This document shows, in pieces, positions 11,765 to 22,164 of a DNA stretch of 64,000 bases. Position numbers and translations under genes: made by a program. Source of the DNA: Archaeoglobus sp. (GTDB taxonomy: Archaea > Halobacteriota > Archaeoglobi > Archaeoglobales > Archaeoglobaceae); NCBI GenBank assembly GCA_017656505.1, contig JACDNU010000005.1, positions 14,739-78,738 of the forward strand, in the 5' to 3' direction. The notes under the pieces were generated by a model. The model was not told the origin of the DNA. It did not search any database and was given only the letters and a program-made list of their open reading frames with translations. Position 1 is the first letter of the stretch. Every line of letters starts with the position of its first letter.

Positions 11765-13294
11765 CTATTCCTTTCCACTAGCAGACTTAATTTTTATAAT
11801 GAAAACAGTTCCGTCTGGCTTGTTATCCGCTACCTCAATGCTCCCACCATATTTTTCAATCACCTTTCTAACGATATGGAGCCCAAGCCCCGTGTTTCCA
11901 GTTTCCCCGAATTTGAACCCTTCCTCAAAAATATAATCTTTTATCTCATCGGGGATTCCCTTCCCAAAGTCCGCAAACCTTATCTCGCATTCCTCTCCTT
12001 TTCTCTCAATTGCTACTTCGATTTTCTCGCTTCTTCCATGTATTATCGCGTTGGTAACGAGGTTGTCGATTACCGAAGCGAACGCATCGTCTGCCTCAAT
12101 TTCACAATCTCCCTTTATGCTAAACTCAACACCGTAATTGCTTACCACTTCTTCAACCACCTTCCTTACGCTAATCCTTTTCCTTTCTCCTGCTGAAGTG
12201 CATCTCTCGAATTCCCGCATCCTGTTTATGAGATTCTCACATCTCTCTACAGCTCTGAAGATCGATTCAAGGTATTCTTTTGCTTCATCGCTAATTTTGG
12301 CCTTATCTTTAAGCAATTCAGCAGAACCCCAGATTATCGAGAGGTTGTTAACCATGTCGTGTCTCATGATCCGATTTATCAGCCTTAGTGTCTCGTTCGT
12401 ATATTTAAGCTCGTACGACCTCTTAACCTCCTCCAACATCTCGTTAATCCTCTCAGCAAGTTCCGAAAGTTCATCTCCCCCTTCAATCCTAACCTTTTCA
12501 TCAAAATTCCCAGTTTCTTTTATCCGAATTACAGAAGACGTTAGCTTTGAGATTCTAGAGAGGACGCTTCGATCAAGGATTAGAATGAAAGCAGTGATCA
12601 ACACAAGTCCGATAGAAAGAAGCGAGATTAGAACACTCCTCAAAATTTGTGTTCCTCCAGCATAAATTTCCCTTTCTATTCCGACTTCCAGATGGTATTT
12701 TGAAGATTCTGAGTTGTCCAGCCCTTTGAGCGGTATCAAACCGACAATATAGCTACTATTAACCAATCTCAACTCCAGGCCGTTAACTTTTCCTTCCTTT
12801 AATGCCACACTTTTGCCGGTTAGCTTGGCTATCTTCCCAAGCAACTTCTCGAGCTTCTCACCTATAATTAGCGTTTTGTTGTCACAGGAGTGCGCAGCGA
12901 TTAGGATTGGTTCATCCAAATAAACTATCCCGGATCCACCATCCAAGTTTTTAATGTGATTGGTGTTAATGTAATCGGTGGGAAATTTTGCGTAATTGGA
13001 ATATACCACCTCACCATGGCCCACAACCACCACGAGATCCTCATCGATTTTATCCGGTTTTATGCCGGAAGATGCATAAATTTTACATCTTTCTTCAAGC
13101 TTGGATAGTTCTTCATCAACCAATCTAGAGACTTCTACAGTATCTTTTAAAGCCTCATTCTCCTCTAAACCCTGAAAAAAGGCTGAAATGACATTATAGT
13201 TGAGAATTGAGATCCAAACAATCATAAACAAAAGTAGAGAAGTCGCAGTGATTATCGTTCTCTTTCTCAGAGACATAATCTTCGATATGTGCAA
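11765..13294 (-). CDS. Membrane sensor histidine kinase (CHASE4-like + HAMP + HisKA + HATPase)
   Basis: Two TM helices, HAMP (GDELSELAERINEM), H-box RHDMVN, N-box NLVTNA, DFGKGIP, GTGLGL-like G2 box. Confidence 0.9.
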   Translation of the reverse strand: MHISKIMSLRKRTIITATSLLLFMIVWISILNYNVISAFFQGLEENEALKDTVEVSRLVDEELSKLEERCKIYASSGIKPDKIDEDLVVVVGHGEVVYSNYAKFPTDYINTNHIKNLDGGSGIVYLDEPILIAAHSCDNKTLIIGEKLEKLLGKIAKLTGKSVALKEGKVNGLELRLVNSSYIVGLIPLKGLDNSESSKYHLEVGIEREIYAGGTQILRSVLISLLSIGLVLITAFILILDRSVLSRISKLTSSVIRIKETGNFDEKVRIEGGDELSELAERINEMLEEVKRSYELKYTNETLRLINRIMRHDMVNNLSIIWGSAELLKDKAKISDEAKEYLESIFRAVERCENLINRMREFERCTSAGERKRISVRKVVEEVVSNYGVEFSIKGDCEIEADDAFASVIDNLVTNAIIHGRSEKIEVAIERKGEECEIRFADFGKGIPDEIKDYIFEEGFKFGETGNTGLGLHIVRKVIEKYGGSIEVADNKPDGTVFIIKIKSASGKE

Positions 13295-13317
13295 AACACT
13301 AAAATTTTACTGTTTTA

Positions 13318-13363
13318 TATCACGATTAATAATCCCCACCCCCTTCATTTCCTTTGGAGGTTA
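13318..13363 (-). repeat. 46-bp dispersed repeat copy A containing an ORB-like motif (CTCCAAAGGAAATGAAGGGGGT)
   Basis: Reverse complement matches 20052-20097 at 43/46 positions. Confidence 0.75.
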
Positions 13364-13945
13364 GGAAAATAGCTGGTAGAATACTCCAGAAAGTAACGGA
13401 ACGCTTAGATTGTCGTTTACATAGAAATTTCTGACCTTTATAGGTTTAGACTCCATAAAAGCTCCAACAAAGCAGGCTAAGGCCAATACCCTAAGCTCGA
13501 GATCGAATTCCATTCCGATTTCTAGAGTTGAGATGATTGTGATAAAAAGAAAGGAAGATAGAAACATGGAGATGAATGGTGCGTTTCTCCACCGATTTCT
13601 AGGTTTGTTTTTCAGATACGTTTTTACCAAACCGGATACTCCGTCCCCAACACATCCGGTTAGAACCCCAACTACAGCCGCTTCAGCTGAAAAGAAGGCC
13701 GTAAGCAGCAGTGCAGCGATACCAAAATAAACATATGCTCCTATTCCTCTAATTTCATATGGGTTTAAAATCCATTCCGGCAAAATTCTGTACTTTCTCC
13801 TTAAAATCTCGATTAGTATAGATAATAACACTAAAACCGCTACGATCCCAAGAGTAACCGTTTTCCCTGCATAAGAATACAGCGGAAAGTATAAAACACC
13901 CAAAAAATGTATCGCTTTTCTCAGAATTTCCTCTTTCATCCCCAT
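13361..13945 (-). CDS. Dolichol/phytol kinase-like (cytidylyltransferase family) membrane protein
   Basis: EILRKAIH, GDGVSGLV, VNDNLSVP motifs; hydrophobic. Confidence 0.75.
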   Translation of the reverse strand: MGMKEEILRKAIHFLGVLYFPLYSYAGKTVTLGIVAVLVLLSILIEILRRKYRILPEWILNPYEIRGIGAYVYFGIAALLLTAFFSAEAAVVGVLTGCVGDGVSGLVKTYLKNKPRNRWRNAPFISMFLSSFLFITIISTLEIGMEFDLELRVLALACFVGAFMESKPIKVRNFYVNDNLSVPLLSGVFYQLFS

Positions 13946-14085
13946 TCAAATACAAGTCATTCTAATCCTATTTTAATCCTATTTCGCTTTCTGCCAACCA
14001 TTACCAACCATCTCTTATTCTCCCCCCAACCACATTCAACCCCAACCCCAAAACATTAAATTAGCAGCTCGATGATGTTTTCCCA

Positions 14086-14991
14086 ATGAAATGCAGATGT
14101 GGAGAACGAGCATCATTCTGGTTAAAACCCTATAGAATCGCTTTATGTGAGGATTGTTATCCACAGTTTTACGTTAATTTGGTAAAGAAAAGCATAAAGA
14201 GATTTAATATTCTTAAAAAATCTGAGAAAATCCTAGCCTGTGTTTCTGGTGGTAAGGACAGTATTTCAATGGTTTACGCACTAAAAGAATTAGGGTATGA
14301 TTTAAAAGCATTCTTTATCGATTTAGGTGTTAAGAAGTACTCCAAAAAAGCTAAGAGTGTGTTCGAGGAGATTTCAGGACTTCTCAACCTCGATTCAGAG
14401 GTTGTTAGCCTTGAAGACTACGGATTGCGAATTGACGATTTAACGCTAAAGAAGATATGCTCTGCCTGTGGGACCTCTAAGCGACATCTCATTAACAGAT
14501 TTGCCCGAGAGAATGGGTTTGACGTGATTGCGACAGGCCATACTTGCGATGATATTGTTGTCTTTTTCTTTAAAAATATGCTCAGCGGTAATCTTGAGTA
14601 CATACCAAAACTGAAACCAAGATTAGAGGGTTTTGATGGTTTGATAACGAGAACAAAGCCTATTTTCGAGAGAACAGAGAAGGAAAATCAAATTCTAGTA
14701 GAGATCCTGAACTTTCCGTATCTGAAAGAATCTTGCCCTCATAAGCCAGATGATAAGTGGAAAGAGTTTATTCAAAAAATGGAAGATGAAAAGCCAGGCT
14801 TTGAACAGACTTTTTTAAGGGGTTTACTAAAGCTCATAGACAGATTAAACTCAAAAATAGAGGTGGATTCAAGCTCTCTCAAAAGATGCCGCTTGTGCGG
14901 GGAGATTTCGAACAAAGAAATTTGCTACTTTTGCAGGTTGGTTGAGAAATACGGGAAAATCTCAAATTCAAAAGTTTTGAGGAAAGAGTAG
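14086..14991 (+). CDS. tRNA 2-thiolation protein, TtuA/Ncs6/TtcA family
   Basis: PP-loop SGGKDS, CSAC, TGHTCDD, N- and C-terminal Zn fingers. Confidence 0.88.
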   Translation: MKCRCGERASFWLKPYRIALCEDCYPQFYVNLVKKSIKRFNILKKSEKILACVSGGKDSISMVYALKELGYDLKAFFIDLGVKKYSKKAKSVFEEISGLLNLDSEVVSLEDYGLRIDDLTLKKICSACGTSKRHLINRFARENGFDVIATGHTCDDIVVFFFKNMLSGNLEYIPKLKPRLEGFDGLITRTKPIFERTEKENQILVEILNFPYLKESCPHKPDDKWKEFIQKMEDEKPGFEQTFLRGLLKLIDRLNSKIEVDSSSLKRCRLCGEISNKEICYFCRLVEKYGKISNSKVLRKE

Positions 14992-15272
14992 AATATAGCA
15001 GTGGTTGTAGTGTAGGGTGTGGTGTAGGGTTACGAGGCAGAGTTACGCAGATTACGCAGTAAAGTGATTATAAAGCACAATACCTCAGCTTGATAACATC
15101 AACTAGCTAATCAACTAATTTTGTTTTTGAATTTGTGAAAACTGGAAATTTTAACGAAAAGGATAGAAAAACGAAGAGAATAATATGAGTTTTTTGTCAA
15201 ACCTCCCTGCGAAACTCTCCGTTAAACTTTTCTCCAGACTCTCCGTCCTATATATGCTACATTCACCTTTGT

Positions 15273-16697
15273 TTATTCAATGGGTTCAAATAAAGCGTTA
15301 AAGTGTCTCAGAACTGGAGGTTCAAAAGTCATCCTCAAACCTTTGATCTCATGACGATTTCTGTAGAGCTCTCCTATTGAATTTGCGATATAAAAGATAT
15401 GATCTAATGTGTAGACCCGTCTCGGAATTGCAAGTCTAATGAGATCCAGCTTAGGCCAGATCCACTCCCCGTCCTTCTTCTCAGCAAACATTAAGCTACC
15501 GATTTCCACAGTTCTGATTGCTGAATACTCATATATCGCACAGGCAGTTGCATGAGATGGCCATTGTTCCCGCGGAAGATGGGATGCAAAGCTTAAACCA
15601 TCCAGATAGATTCCATGTCCGCCAAAAGGTTTTAGTAAAGGTACTCCTTGCTTTTCAAGCAATTTTCCAAGAAAGGCAACTTGTTCTATTCTTGAACGTA
15701 AATAGTGCTCGTTTAAAACTTCCCTTAACCCTTGGGCAAGAGCTTCTAAGTCTCTGCCTGCCAAACCTCCGTAGGTGGGAAAACCTTCCGTAACAACCAT
15801 GAGTTGCCTTATTTTCCAGTAAAGTTCCTTGTCATTCAAAGCGATAAAACCACCAATGTTCACCAAACCATCTTTCTTCCCACTCACCAAAACTCCATCT
15901 GCGAGGGAGAACATCTCCCTAGCTATCTCTTTTAGATCTCTATCTCCGTAACCTCTCTCTCTATTTTTTATAAAGTAAACATTTTCAGCAAACCTAGCAG
16001 CATCCAGAAAGAATGGTATGTTATTCTCTCGAGCAATCTCAGAAATTTGGCGAATGTTCTCCATGCTTACTGGCTGACCCCCTCCCGAGTTGTTGGTAAC
16101 AGTGAGAACTATAATTTTAACTTTTCCTTCATTCTCGGAAACGAAGCTTTCAAGCTTTTCAATATCGATGTTTCCTTTAAAGGGTAATTCTCTTTTGAGA
16201 TCGTAAGCCTCCTCTACAACCAAATCAACTGCTTTTGCCCCCCTCACCTCAACATTCGCTCTAGTCGTATCGAAAAACTGATTGCTCACCGCAAAATCCC
16301 CTTTTTTCAAGTCTAGGGCATTGAATGTGAGATATTCCGCTGCTCTTCCTTGGTGGGTTGGTATTACGTATTCATAGCCCATTACCTCATGAATTACCTC
16401 TTTCAACCTGAAAAAGCTTCTTGCAGAAGCGTAAGCTTCATCCCCTCGCATAAGTGCGCTCCATTGCTGATCGCTCATCGCAGAGGTGCCAGAATCCGTT
16501 AACAAATCTATGTAGATTTTTTCGGAAGGTATATTGAAGACGTTATATCCCGCCTCCTTTAAGATCTTCCTTCTCTCCTCGATAGGAGGGATTTCCGTAA
16601 ATTCAACCATTTTTATCTTATACGGTGGCGGAGTTGGTAAATCGGGGAAATCGGAGAGACTAGATAAACCGATCTTATTAAAATCCATTTTCCTCAC
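15273..16697 (-). CDS. tnaA: Tryptophanase (beta-eliminating lyase family)
   Basis: IDLLTDSGT, GDEAYA, PTHQGRAAE, SGKKDG PLP lysine, EGFPTYGGLAGRD, LRHF. Confidence 0.88.
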   Translation of the reverse strand: MRKMDFNKIGLSSLSDFPDLPTPPPYKIKMVEFTEIPPIEERRKILKEAGYNVFNIPSEKIYIDLLTDSGTSAMSDQQWSALMRGDEAYASARSFFRLKEVIHEVMGYEYVIPTHQGRAAEYLTFNALDLKKGDFAVSNQFFDTTRANVEVRGAKAVDLVVEEAYDLKRELPFKGNIDIEKLESFVSENEGKVKIIVLTVTNNSGGGQPVSMENIRQISEIARENNIPFFLDAARFAENVYFIKNRERGYGDRDLKEIAREMFSLADGVLVSGKKDGLVNIGGFIALNDKELYWKIRQLMVVTEGFPTYGGLAGRDLEALAQGLREVLNEHYLRSRIEQVAFLGKLLEKQGVPLLKPFGGHGIYLDGLSFASHLPREQWPSHATACAIYEYSAIRTVEIGSLMFAEKKDGEWIWPKLDLIRLAIPRRVYTLDHIFYIANSIGELYRNRHEIKGLRMTFEPPVLRHFNALFEPIE

Positions 16698-16963
16698 CTA
16701 TCTAACCAATCAAACAATTTGAAAATCCTTTATTCAGCTCTTTTTTAAATTTTATCTTTTTCTAGCTCTTTTAACAGGGTTTAATTCCATAATCCGGAAT
16801 TTTGCAGATTTTTAGCCTTTATTCATTTAATTCTGGATCTAATAAAGCTTGTAGGATTTTCCCTGTTTTATAGCTGTAATTCTAGTTTTTAGTCATAGGA
16901 TCTCAGAAATTTTTGGAGTGGGTTTACATAATTAAAAATGGGAAGTTTAAACTGATAAAACAA

Positions 16964-17500
16964 CTAAAAAGAATTCTTGTCCCCCTTCAGCATCGAAAGT
17001 ATCCTTTCCAAGAGATCTAGTAGTCTCTCTATCTCGTCTGGAGATCTTGCGTTAGTGAGGAGATCTAAAACATCATTTAACTTCAGCTCGAGCACGTTTC
17101 TTAACTTTTTATCGATTTTAATTTTAGTTTCAGTTTCCGTTTCAGTTTCAAGCGATTCCTTCACTTCCATCTCTAAATCCTTTGAACTTTTCACTTCACT
17201 TTTAGATTGAGATTTAGCTTGGATTTCTGGTAGTTCTGGTAATTCTTGTAGTTTTGGTGGTTCTAATTCTGATGATGTTAATGATTCTGCTGAGGTTTTT
17301 TCTTTGACAGTTTTATTTGCATTCTCTCTAACTCTACTTTCCAACTCACTCTCAAAAACAACCTCCCTTCCACACGAAGGACAAATCATCTTATCTTGAT
17401 ATTTGAAAATCGGGATCCCACAATCAGGACAGTGATAGGGAAGCATCTTTGCTCCTTTGTAAAGAAGTTTAATAGCTTCCGAAATTTTTTTATCCTCCAT
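16964..17500 (-). CDS. UPF0148 / Sjogren autoantigen p27-like Zn-ribbon protein
   Basis: LYKGAKMLPYHCPDCGIPIF...ICPSC; divergent from UPF0147. Confidence 0.8.
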   Translation of the reverse strand: MEDKKISEAIKLLYKGAKMLPYHCPDCGIPIFKYQDKMICPSCGREVVFESELESRVRENANKTVKEKTSAESLTSSELEPPKLQELPELPEIQAKSQSKSEVKSSKDLEMEVKESLETETETETKIKIDKKLRNVLELKLNDVLDLLTNARSPDEIERLLDLLERILSMLKGDKNSF

Positions 17501-17555
17501 GCCATAAGGTTTGTGAAGCGATAATTAAAAGTTTCAGTTCTCGAGGTGATGGCCT

Positions 17556-17816
17556 ATGGCGGAGAATGTACCACAGGAAGTTTTGGATGTCCTAGACAGG
17601 ATTATACAGGATGATTCTGTTCCGAGAAACATAAGAAAGACGGCGGGTGAAATAAAAGAAAGTTTACTCCATGGAGAGGATACTTTAGCCGTAAGGGCTT
17701 CATCGGCTATTTCGATCCTTGAAGATATAGCCTCAGATCCAAATCTCCCGATGCACGTTCGAACTTTAATATGGAATGTTTCAAGCCAACTGGAGAGAAT
17801 ATCTGTGGATAGATAA
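17556..17816 (+). CDS. UPF0147 family protein
   Basis: DDSVPRNIRK, DPNLPMHVRTLIWNVSSQLE. Confidence 0.9.
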   Translation: MAENVPQEVLDVLDRIIQDDSVPRNIRKTAGEIKESLLHGEDTLAVRASSAISILEDIASDPNLPMHVRTLIWNVSSQLERISVDR

Positions 17817-18006
17817 GCATAAGGCAAAATCAGTGAATTTATTTCATTTTCGTGTTAACCTACTTGTATTTGAGAGATTTGGCAGGATTTAGTAGTCTTG
17901 GATAGTTTTGGTAAATTTTTCAGTAAATTTTTGGGTGTTCCTTTAAAGTATCTGCTTTAAATTAGATAAAATAGAAAGTAAAAATGAACAATTATTTGAA
18001 TGGAAA

Positions 18007-19707
18007 TTATTTGAATGGAACTCCAAATTCCATTAAATCTCTCTCACTTTCAAGCAGTTCCCTCAAAACTCTCTCAAGCTCCCCTTCTTTGACCCTAATT
18101 TGTCTGGTTGAATCTCTATCCCTAATCGTAACGGTTGAATCTTCAAAGGTTTGGTGGTCTATCGTCACGCAAAATGGTGTGCCGATTTCGTCGTATCTTC
18201 TATACCTCCTTCCAATACTTCCAGAATCATCCTTTTCAGTGAAAAATCCTGCCTTTTTCAACTTTAAGGTTATTTCATCGGCTTTAGATACAAAGGGATC
18301 TCTGGAGAGGAGTGGGAGTACCGCAACCTGAACGGGAGACATCCACCTCTTAAGCCTTAAAACCCGTCTCTCTTCTCCGTCAACGATATCGGTATCGAAA
18401 GAATGTTCGAGAATGGAGTAGGTTATTCTGTCCAAGCCGAAAGATGGTTCTATTACATGGGGGATAACCCTCTCACCGTAAACAACTTCTTCTTTCTCTT
18501 CTATCTCGAAGAACGTGTCTTCTATTTCATACTTTTCCCCTTCAATTTCTAGAATTATCTTACCATCAGAAACTTCGCCGTTATACGCCTCGATAGCTTC
18601 TGCAATAGCTTTGGATTTTTCTCTGAATTTTGGACCGATTAGGTTCATTTTAGGAATGAACTTTTTTGCTTTTACTTTCACCGGCTCCTCATAGGGAATG
18701 AAGATGCTTAAATCCTCTTTACTATACTGATTGTGCCTTGTGAGATCGTAATCACCCCTATCAGCTATTCCCACAACCTCTATCCATCCGTAGGAAGTGT
18801 ACGCTTCCGCATCCCAACAGTCAACCGCATAATGAGCCCTCTCATCATCTTTATGCTGTCTAAATCTGAGCTTATCCTTTTTCAATCCCGCTTTAAGCAG
18901 GAATTCAGCCGTTCTGGCTATGAAGTAGGCTAGCAGTTCATGGGCTATTATGCCTTTCTCCACAGCCTCGCCAAGGGTGATGTTGTGCTCCCCATCCATC
19001 TTGTCGACCAATGTGATTGTAAAATCTCGATATTTCTCAAATTCTGGATGTCTCTTTTCTCCGGGGTGAACGAAGTACTCCAGCTCAGCTTGATTGAATT
19101 CTCTAAGCCTAATAACTCCCTGCCGAGGGCTGATCTCATTTCTGTAGGCTCTTCCTATCTGGCACACTCCAAATGGAAGTTTTTCTCTAAAGTAGTCGGC
19201 AAGCCTCTTAAAGTCAATAAAGATTCCCTGAGCTGTTTCAGGTCTAAGGTAGCCGTTCTTCCCCTTGCCCGGACCGATCTTGGTTGAGAACATCAGGTTA
19301 AAGTTCTCCGGCTCTTTAAACTTCCCGCCACACTCACATCGCAAGTCATAGGCGGAAAGTACTTCGTTAACGAACTCTATCGTTTCTTCAGTTTCTATTC
19401 CCAATTTCTCTTTGATGTAGTGGTCCGCCCGAAATATCTTACCGCATTTTTCACACTCTATCGCGACATCGGTGAAGGAAGAAACGTGGCCGGAAGCTAT
19501 GAAGATCTCCTCGATTCCAATGGTAGGGGTATCAATCTCAACCGCTCTCTCGCTTATTACGAAAAACTCCCTCCAGAGCTTTTCGAGATTTCTTCTCAAA
19601 CCATTTCCCAATGGACCATAGTCAACAAAGCCAGCCATTCCACCGTAAATCTCAAAAGACTGCCAGAGGTATCCTCTTCTTACTAGCATCTCTGTTATGT
19701 CTGTCAT
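18007..19707 (-). CDS. glyS: Glycine--tRNA ligase (archaeal/eukaryotic type)
   Basis: YLRPETAQGIF, RNEISPRQGVIRLREF, ERAHYA, anticodon domain SIGRRYRRYDEIG; start placed at ATG 19707 after an RBS. Confidence 0.96.
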   Translation of the reverse strand: MTDITEMLVRRGYLWQSFEIYGGMAGFVDYGPLGNGLRRNLEKLWREFFVISERAVEIDTPTIGIEEIFIASGHVSSFTDVAIECEKCGKIFRADHYIKEKLGIETEETIEFVNEVLSAYDLRCECGGKFKEPENFNLMFSTKIGPGKGKNGYLRPETAQGIFIDFKRLADYFREKLPFGVCQIGRAYRNEISPRQGVIRLREFNQAELEYFVHPGEKRHPEFEKYRDFTITLVDKMDGEHNITLGEAVEKGIIAHELLAYFIARTAEFLLKAGLKKDKLRFRQHKDDERAHYAVDCWDAEAYTSYGWIEVVGIADRGDYDLTRHNQYSKEDLSIFIPYEEPVKVKAKKFIPKMNLIGPKFREKSKAIAEAIEAYNGEVSDGKIILEIEGEKYEIEDTFFEIEEKEEVVYGERVIPHVIEPSFGLDRITYSILEHSFDTDIVDGEERRVLRLKRWMSPVQVAVLPLLSRDPFVSKADEITLKLKKAGFFTEKDDSGSIGRRYRRYDEIGTPFCVTIDHQTFEDSTVTIRDRDSTRQIRVKEGELERVLRELLESERDLMEFGVPFK

Positions 19708-20051
19708 TATATTCCCCCTTTCAATTATGAGATTTTTTACTCGCATCTAACGAACTCGGTTTTTAAATATTCGGAAGGTTGATTTTCGAAGTGGCTGATT
19801 TTTGAAGATAACCTTGAGGAGAAAACTATAATGTTACGATATTAAGTTTTCCAAATTATACCTTAGATTAGAAGATTAGATTATAAATTGCACTTAGATT
19901 ACTTAGATTATCAACGTACTTTCTACTGATCTGAATTACAAAAGCCGTTAGAGCCGATATTTTTCATTGCAACTTAGTCTCTACTTTAAAAATTAAATAA
20001 AACTCTCTCTCAACTTCAAATCTGAACTTGCTAAACTTCGCCCGACTTACA

Positions 20052-20097
20052 TAACTTCCAAGGGAAATGAAGGGGGTGGGGATTATTAATCGTTATA
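20052..20097 (+). repeat. 46-bp dispersed repeat copy B containing an ORB-like motif (TTCCAAGGGAAATGAAGGGGGT)
   Basis: Matches the reverse complement of 13318-13363 with 3 mismatches; lies in a ~600-bp AT-rich intergenic region. Confidence 0.75.
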
Positions 20098-20344
20098 GTT
20101 TGTGGTAGATGAATGTAGGTGGATCTTATCTTGCTTTTGCTTTTACCTAAAACTTTAACATCAACATTTTTGAATACTTCTCGAGATTTCTCGTAAAATT
20201 GAAGATTGAATCTCTAGAGTTATTATCACTTTATTATCACTTAAAGTAATCTTACATTTGTCTAAAATCATCCAAATCATCCAAATGGCCTACCCCAATT
20301 TCTTTATTAATGATTGTGCAAATTATTTTTATGGAGGTGGATTG

Positions 20345-22084
20345 ATGGCGGAAAAGGCGGAAAAGGCGGAAATTTCTGGGGGAGAAGTTCTGGTTAGGTG
20401 TCTCATTGAAGAGGGTGTGAAATATGTTTTTGGAGTTCCTGGAGCACAGCTACTCACTTTTCTGGATGCTATTAAAAGAATTGGTGGAGAGCATGGATTA
20501 GAATTCGTGGGCTGCAGACATGAGCAGGCAGCAGCAAACATGGCAGATGCCTGGGCCAGGATGACAGGGGAGCCGGGAGTTTGTGTAGGAACAGTCGGCC
20601 CAGGAGGAGCAAATCTCGTTCCTGGAGTTTATCCTGCTTGGGCTGATGGAATACCAATGATCGTTTTGACAGCTCAAAATCAGACTTGGAGAAGTTATCC
20701 TGATCATGGATCCATGCAAGCTTTAGATCAATTCCACCTTTTCAAGCCGATAACAAAATGGAATGCTGTGGTATCGAGTTGGGAGAGAATTCCCGAGCTC
20801 GTTCAGCATGCCTTCAGAGTTGCAACGTCTGGCAGGCCAGGCCCTGTGCATTTAGATCTGCCATCCGATGTGCTTTTTAATGGGAAAGAGGAGAATCTGG
20901 TAAAGTTGCAGCCACCTCATCGCTATAGGGCAACCAAAATGCCTGTGGGGGATCCAGAGTTAATTGAAAAGGCAGCTGAAATGCTCGTAAATGCTGAATT
21001 TCCGCTAATCCATGCTGGAGGAGGAGTTTTAAGGGCTAAAGCGTGGGATGAGCTTAGAATGCTTGCGGAACATCTCGCTGCGGTTGTTACAACCACCCTT
21101 GGAGCGAGAGGAGTAATTCCCGAGGATCATCCCCTTTCTATAATCCCAGGAAGCCCGGCAGCTATAATGGCCCAGAATGAGGCAGATTTGGTTCTGGTTG
21201 TGGGGAGCAGAATGGGTGACGTTGACTTCTGGGGAAAACCGCCAGCTTGGGGGGATCCAGACAAGCAGAAAACAATTCAAATAGATGTTGATGCTGAGAT
21301 GATAGCTCTAAATCGGCCTGTAGACCTTGCGATAGTTGGAGATGCGAAGGCTACACTATCAAAACTTTTAGAGACTGTCAGAAATAGAACAGAAAAAAGA
21401 GAAAACAAGAAGATTGAGAATTATAAGGAAATACAGAAAGCCTGGATCCAGAATTTTTTGAAGCAAGCTGAAAGTGAGGGCGAAATCCATCCGCTCAGGC
21501 TGATGAAGGAAGTCAGGGAGTTCTATCCGAGGGATGCGATCGCATGCATCGATGGCGGAAATACGCCGGTATGGGCATTCTATCTGCACAGAATTTACGA
21601 GCCCAACACTTTTCTATGGGCTGCAGATTCAGGCCATTTAGGAGTAGGTTTGCCGTATGCGATTTCAGCAAAGCTGGCCTCACCGGATAAGCAGGTTTAT
21701 TTGATTACCGGAGATGGAGCTTTCGGAACGGCCATTCAGGAAATGGAGACAGCAGCAAGGCTCGGAGTGAAGATCACAGTAATTGTGTCAAACGATAGGG
21801 CATGGGGGATGATTAAAGGATCGCAAAAACTCTCATTCGGTGAAAGATATATCGGCGTTGACTTCAGCGATGCAAGATACGGTGAGATCGCAAAGGCCAT
21901 GGGCTGGTATGGTGAGAGGGTGGAGAATCCCGAGGATATTGCAGCTGCCCTCGAGAGAGCTGAAAGCAGCAAAAAGCCCGCGTTGCTTGACGTAGTAGTC
22001 TCACAGGAGCAGAATCTAACGCCGCCGGATCTCGCAACTCTCGGAATGATCTGGCTTGAGGGATGTACACCTCCTGAGGTTTAA
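20345..22084 (+). CDS. Thiamine-diphosphate-dependent enzyme (acetolactate synthase / 2-hydroxyacyl-CoA lyase-like)
   Basis: RHEQAAANMA, GPGGAN, GRPGPVHLDLP, TPP motif GDGAFG...NDRAWG; GGAGGT RBS before 20345. Confidence 0.88.
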   Translation: MAEKAEKAEISGGEVLVRCLIEEGVKYVFGVPGAQLLTFLDAIKRIGGEHGLEFVGCRHEQAAANMADAWARMTGEPGVCVGTVGPGGANLVPGVYPAWADGIPMIVLTAQNQTWRSYPDHGSMQALDQFHLFKPITKWNAVVSSWERIPELVQHAFRVATSGRPGPVHLDLPSDVLFNGKEENLVKLQPPHRYRATKMPVGDPELIEKAAEMLVNAEFPLIHAGGGVLRAKAWDELRMLAEHLAAVVTTTLGARGVIPEDHPLSIIPGSPAAIMAQNEADLVLVVGSRMGDVDFWGKPPAWGDPDKQKTIQIDVDAEMIALNRPVDLAIVGDAKATLSKLLETVRNRTEKRENKKIENYKEIQKAWIQNFLKQAESEGEIHPLRLMKEVREFYPRDAIACIDGGNTPVWAFYLHRIYEPNTFLWAADSGHLGVGLPYAISAKLASPDKQVYLITGDGAFGTAIQEMETAARLGVKITVIVSNDRAWGMIKGSQKLSFGERYIGVDFSDARYGEIAKAMGWYGERVENPEDIAAALERAESSKKPALLDVVVSQEQNLTPPDLATLGMIWLEGCTPPEV

Positions 22085-22164
22085 AAGCCGTACTTTTTCT
22101 GAGGTTTGATGAGGTTTGAGGGGTAGGCTATGCAAAGCATATGTAAACAATTTCGGTGTAAATC

